From an uncultured virus (IMG/VR IMGVR_UViG_3300033074_001537) (taxonomy: Duplodnaviria > Heunggongvirae > Uroviricota > Caudoviricetes): a DNA stretch of 64,000 bases. The position numbers and the translations under genes are program-made. Positions 61,989-64,000 of this stretch are shown here, in pieces. The notes under the pieces were generated by a model. The model was not told where the DNA came from, did not search any database, and saw only the letters and a program-made list of their open reading frames with translations. Positions within the stretch are counted from its first letter, which is position 1. Each line of letters begins with the position of its first letter. The stretch lies in IMG/VR virus record IMGVR_UViG_3300033074_001537; one strand, written 5' to 3'.

Positions 61989-63611
61989 CTACTCTCCTCG
62001 GAGTTCCAACACCGACGCGACGCCAGCCGCGCGGATCGCCGCAAGGTTGTCGAACAGCGTCTTGTAAAACCGCTGCTTCGGCAGGTCGAAGCCGTCGTAG
62101 CCGCCCTGCACACCGAGGCTGAACGTCCCCGGTACGTCGAACGCAGCATACCCGCGCCGGCCGACCACTTCCCCTTGCGTGTACGAGTGCCCCGCGACGT
62201 TGGTGGCGGTGTCGTCGTACGCCATGCCCACATCTTCGAGGTGGGCAAGGTTCGGCACACCGATGATGAACGCGGCTCGGTACTCCACGTCGTCGAGCCA
62301 CCGATTACGGATCGGTGTCGTCGGGTCAGGCCAGTCGTAGCAGAAGATCGACTCGTACGGCGAGAGCCACGCGGGCAACGCCCCGCCGTAGTAGGTCGGC
62401 GTACCCGATTGGTCCGAGGGGTAGTCGTAACAAGTCTGGTAGTCGAGCTCGAACGTCTCGATGAAGTCGTACGTCAGCCCGTACAGGTCGAAGATCGTCT
62501 CCAAGAACCGCTGGATCGCGTCCGGCGAGATCGTGTCAGGCAGCGTGCGGACGCGGTAGCGGTACTGGTTGTCGGGCTCGTTGCGCGCGCGAACAATTCC
62601 GCGGTCGAACCCCACGGCGTCGAGCATCGCGGACTTGCCGTTCGTAAACGGCAGGATGTTCGTGACGGTGATCGTGTTGTCGATGAACGTGCGCGCGCCC
62701 GACGTGTCGAGCTGCACCATCTTCTCGACGGTGTCTACGTCGCCTTCGAGCGTGATTGCGGAGACAGGGGTGATGACCCGGCCGGCAGCGTTGTACTGGT
62801 AGCTCTTGTGGAGCGACCGAGCGCTCGCCGCGATGGGGCCAAGGTCAGACGCGCCGAACACAGCATCCGTCGTCGTGACGAAGCGTCGGCCCGACTTGCT
62901 GCACCGAAGAAGTGTTCCGGCACCGACGGTGACGGCGCCGGCCGTGTCCGTGGGGCGCTGAAACTCCACAGTGCCCGTCGCGTACGCCCCGCTGTCGGCG
63001 TACATGGCGAGGTTGCCGCACTCGTAGCGCTCCACGGCCAGAGAGACGCGTTCAGCAACCGCGGCAATGGCACGGAACACTTCGTAGCCGCTGTCCGAGT
63101 ACAGCTTGAGCGGGTCGAGGTACCAACCCGGCAGCACGTTGTCGAACATGCGCAGGTAGTACGCGGCGTCGTGCACCACACCGTCGCACTCCGTTGGGCC
63201 GGGGCCCGCGGTGGGCGAGAACGTGGGCACCACCGTCGGCTCGGGGGCTGCCGCGGGGGCTTCGAGGGAGTACACCGCGGAGTCGTCGGCCGTCTCACCC
63301 CCTGTACCGACAGCGAAGGTGTGCAGGGTGGGGCCGTCGGGCCAGATGGGCGCCCGTCGAAGCGTGTACCCGTAGCCGTTGCCGTAGGTACCGTGAACCA
63401 CCGCGACCCGCGACGACAGCGTGCGGTACGCCTCCGTGAACGCGGCCCCATCCCAGGCAATCTCCGTCAGGAGCATTCCTGGGAACTCCACCGAGAGGAT
63501 GTCTCGCGCGATGGGCGTACCGTTCTCGTACACCTCGACGTAGATACCGTCGTCGGTGGCGATCTCGGAGCCCGACGTGGGGCTGTTCGCGGTGATGACG
63601 GGGGGTGCCAT
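61989..63611 (-). CDS. Baseplate wedge-like protein
   Basis: ATGTVEFQR...VGAGT...RFVTT (J-like); LDAVGFDRGIVR..EPDNQYRYRV; IRAAGV. Confidence 0.75.
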   Translation of the reverse strand: MAPPVITANSPTSGSEIATDDGIYVEVYENGTPIARDILSVEFPGMLLTEIAWDGAAFTEAYRTLSSRVAVVHGTYGNGYGYTLRRAPIWPDGPTLHTFAVGTGGETADDSAVYSLEAPAAAPEPTVVPTFSPTAGPGPTECDGVVHDAAYYLRMFDNVLPGWYLDPLKLYSDSGYEVFRAIAAVAERVSLAVERYECGNLAMYADSGAYATGTVEFQRPTDTAGAVTVGAGTLLRCSKSGRRFVTTTDAVFGASDLGPIAASARSLHKSYQYNAAGRVITPVSAITLEGDVDTVEKMVQLDTSGARTFIDNTITVTNILPFTNGKSAMLDAVGFDRGIVRARNEPDNQYRYRVRTLPDTISPDAIQRFLETIFDLYGLTYDFIETFELDYQTCYDYPSDQSGTPTYYGGALPAWLSPYESIFCYDWPDPTTPIRNRWLDDVEYRAAFIIGVPNLAHLEDVGMAYDDTATNVAGHSYTQGEVVGRRGYAAFDVPGTFSLGVQGGYDGFDLPKQRFYKTLFDNLAAIRAAGVASVLELRGE

Positions 63612-63612
63612 G

Positions 63613-64000
63613 TCAGTAAGCCGGCGCGTCGGGGTTGTTACTACCCTGGAGCGTGCGGTCGGGCTGCACGCTCGTGGCGACCACCACAGCAACGGAGCTG
63701 CGGAGCACTTGCAGCGGGGCCACGTTCACGTCACCCGCGGGTGAAAGAATCTCTTGCCCCGTCACGTCGAGCCCGTTCACCGCGCGCAGGCGTTGGATCA
63801 AGTTCGCGATGGTCAGGTCTTGCCCCGGAGCCAGCGAGTTGATGTACGCGGCCACGGCCCCGCGGGCGTTCATGGCCACGGTGTCGGCGTCGCTGCCGGC
63901 GTAGAAGCGCAGACCCAGGGTCACCGCCTGCATGACGACCGACGCGACTTGCACTTGCACGAAGATGCCGGCGGCCCTCGTGTCAGACAGCGCGTTGAAG
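63613..64000 (-). CDS. Baseplate J-like protein, C-terminal part (start outside the window)
   Basis: Open to the window edge: ...TRAAGIFVQV...AVAAYINSLAPGQDL. Confidence 0.8.
   Translation of the reverse strand, partial: FNALSDTRAAGIFVQVQVASVVMQAVTLGLRFYAGSDADTVAMNARGAVAAYINSLAPGQDLTIANLIQRLRAVNGLDVTGQEILSPAGDVNVAPLQVLRSSVAVVVATSVQPDRTLQGSNNPDAPAY

Noticed and set aside
1..64000. Stop-codon reassignment
   Set aside because: Core genes translate full length in the standard code and use TAG, TGA and TAA as stops.

Overview
This is a 64-kb slice of a large, GC-rich tailed dsDNA phage genome, probably contractile-tailed given its baseplate-J-like genes. No host chromosomal genes, integrase, CRISPR array or reverse transcriptase are visible. 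Layout: (1) 1-12 kb, minus strand: packaging/head module with an intein-containing TerL, a portal, a Dam-family MTase and a 1549-aa extremely basic repeat protein. (2) 12-18 kb: a divergent TerS-like gene, then a structured control region with repeat arrays, two perfect parS palindromes, cassette-like early genes separated by covarying RNA-like hairpins, and a cluster of GCGAAGC mini-hairpins. (3) 18-49 kb, plus strand: a MoxR AAA+/VWA-metalloprotease pair, sigma-like factors, two ParB-N proteins, helicases, primase, a UDG-fused family-A polymerase, SSB, RecA, SbcCD and a resolvase, interspersed with small orphan ORFs. (4) 49-64 kb, minus strand: lysis/membrane, tail-fibre and baseplate genes. 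A sigma70-region-4 protein and Cys-rich lipoproteins hint at a Myxococcota host (inference). The most interesting candidates are: about 12 otherwise dissimilar orphan proteins sharing a C-terminal helix motif, possibly adaptors or substrates of the MoxR/VWA-protease; phage-borne canonical parS sites; a repeated four-stem RNA element with compensatory changes; and apparent leaderless TANNNT promoters on late genes. All calls come from motif recognition by eye; no database searches were run.
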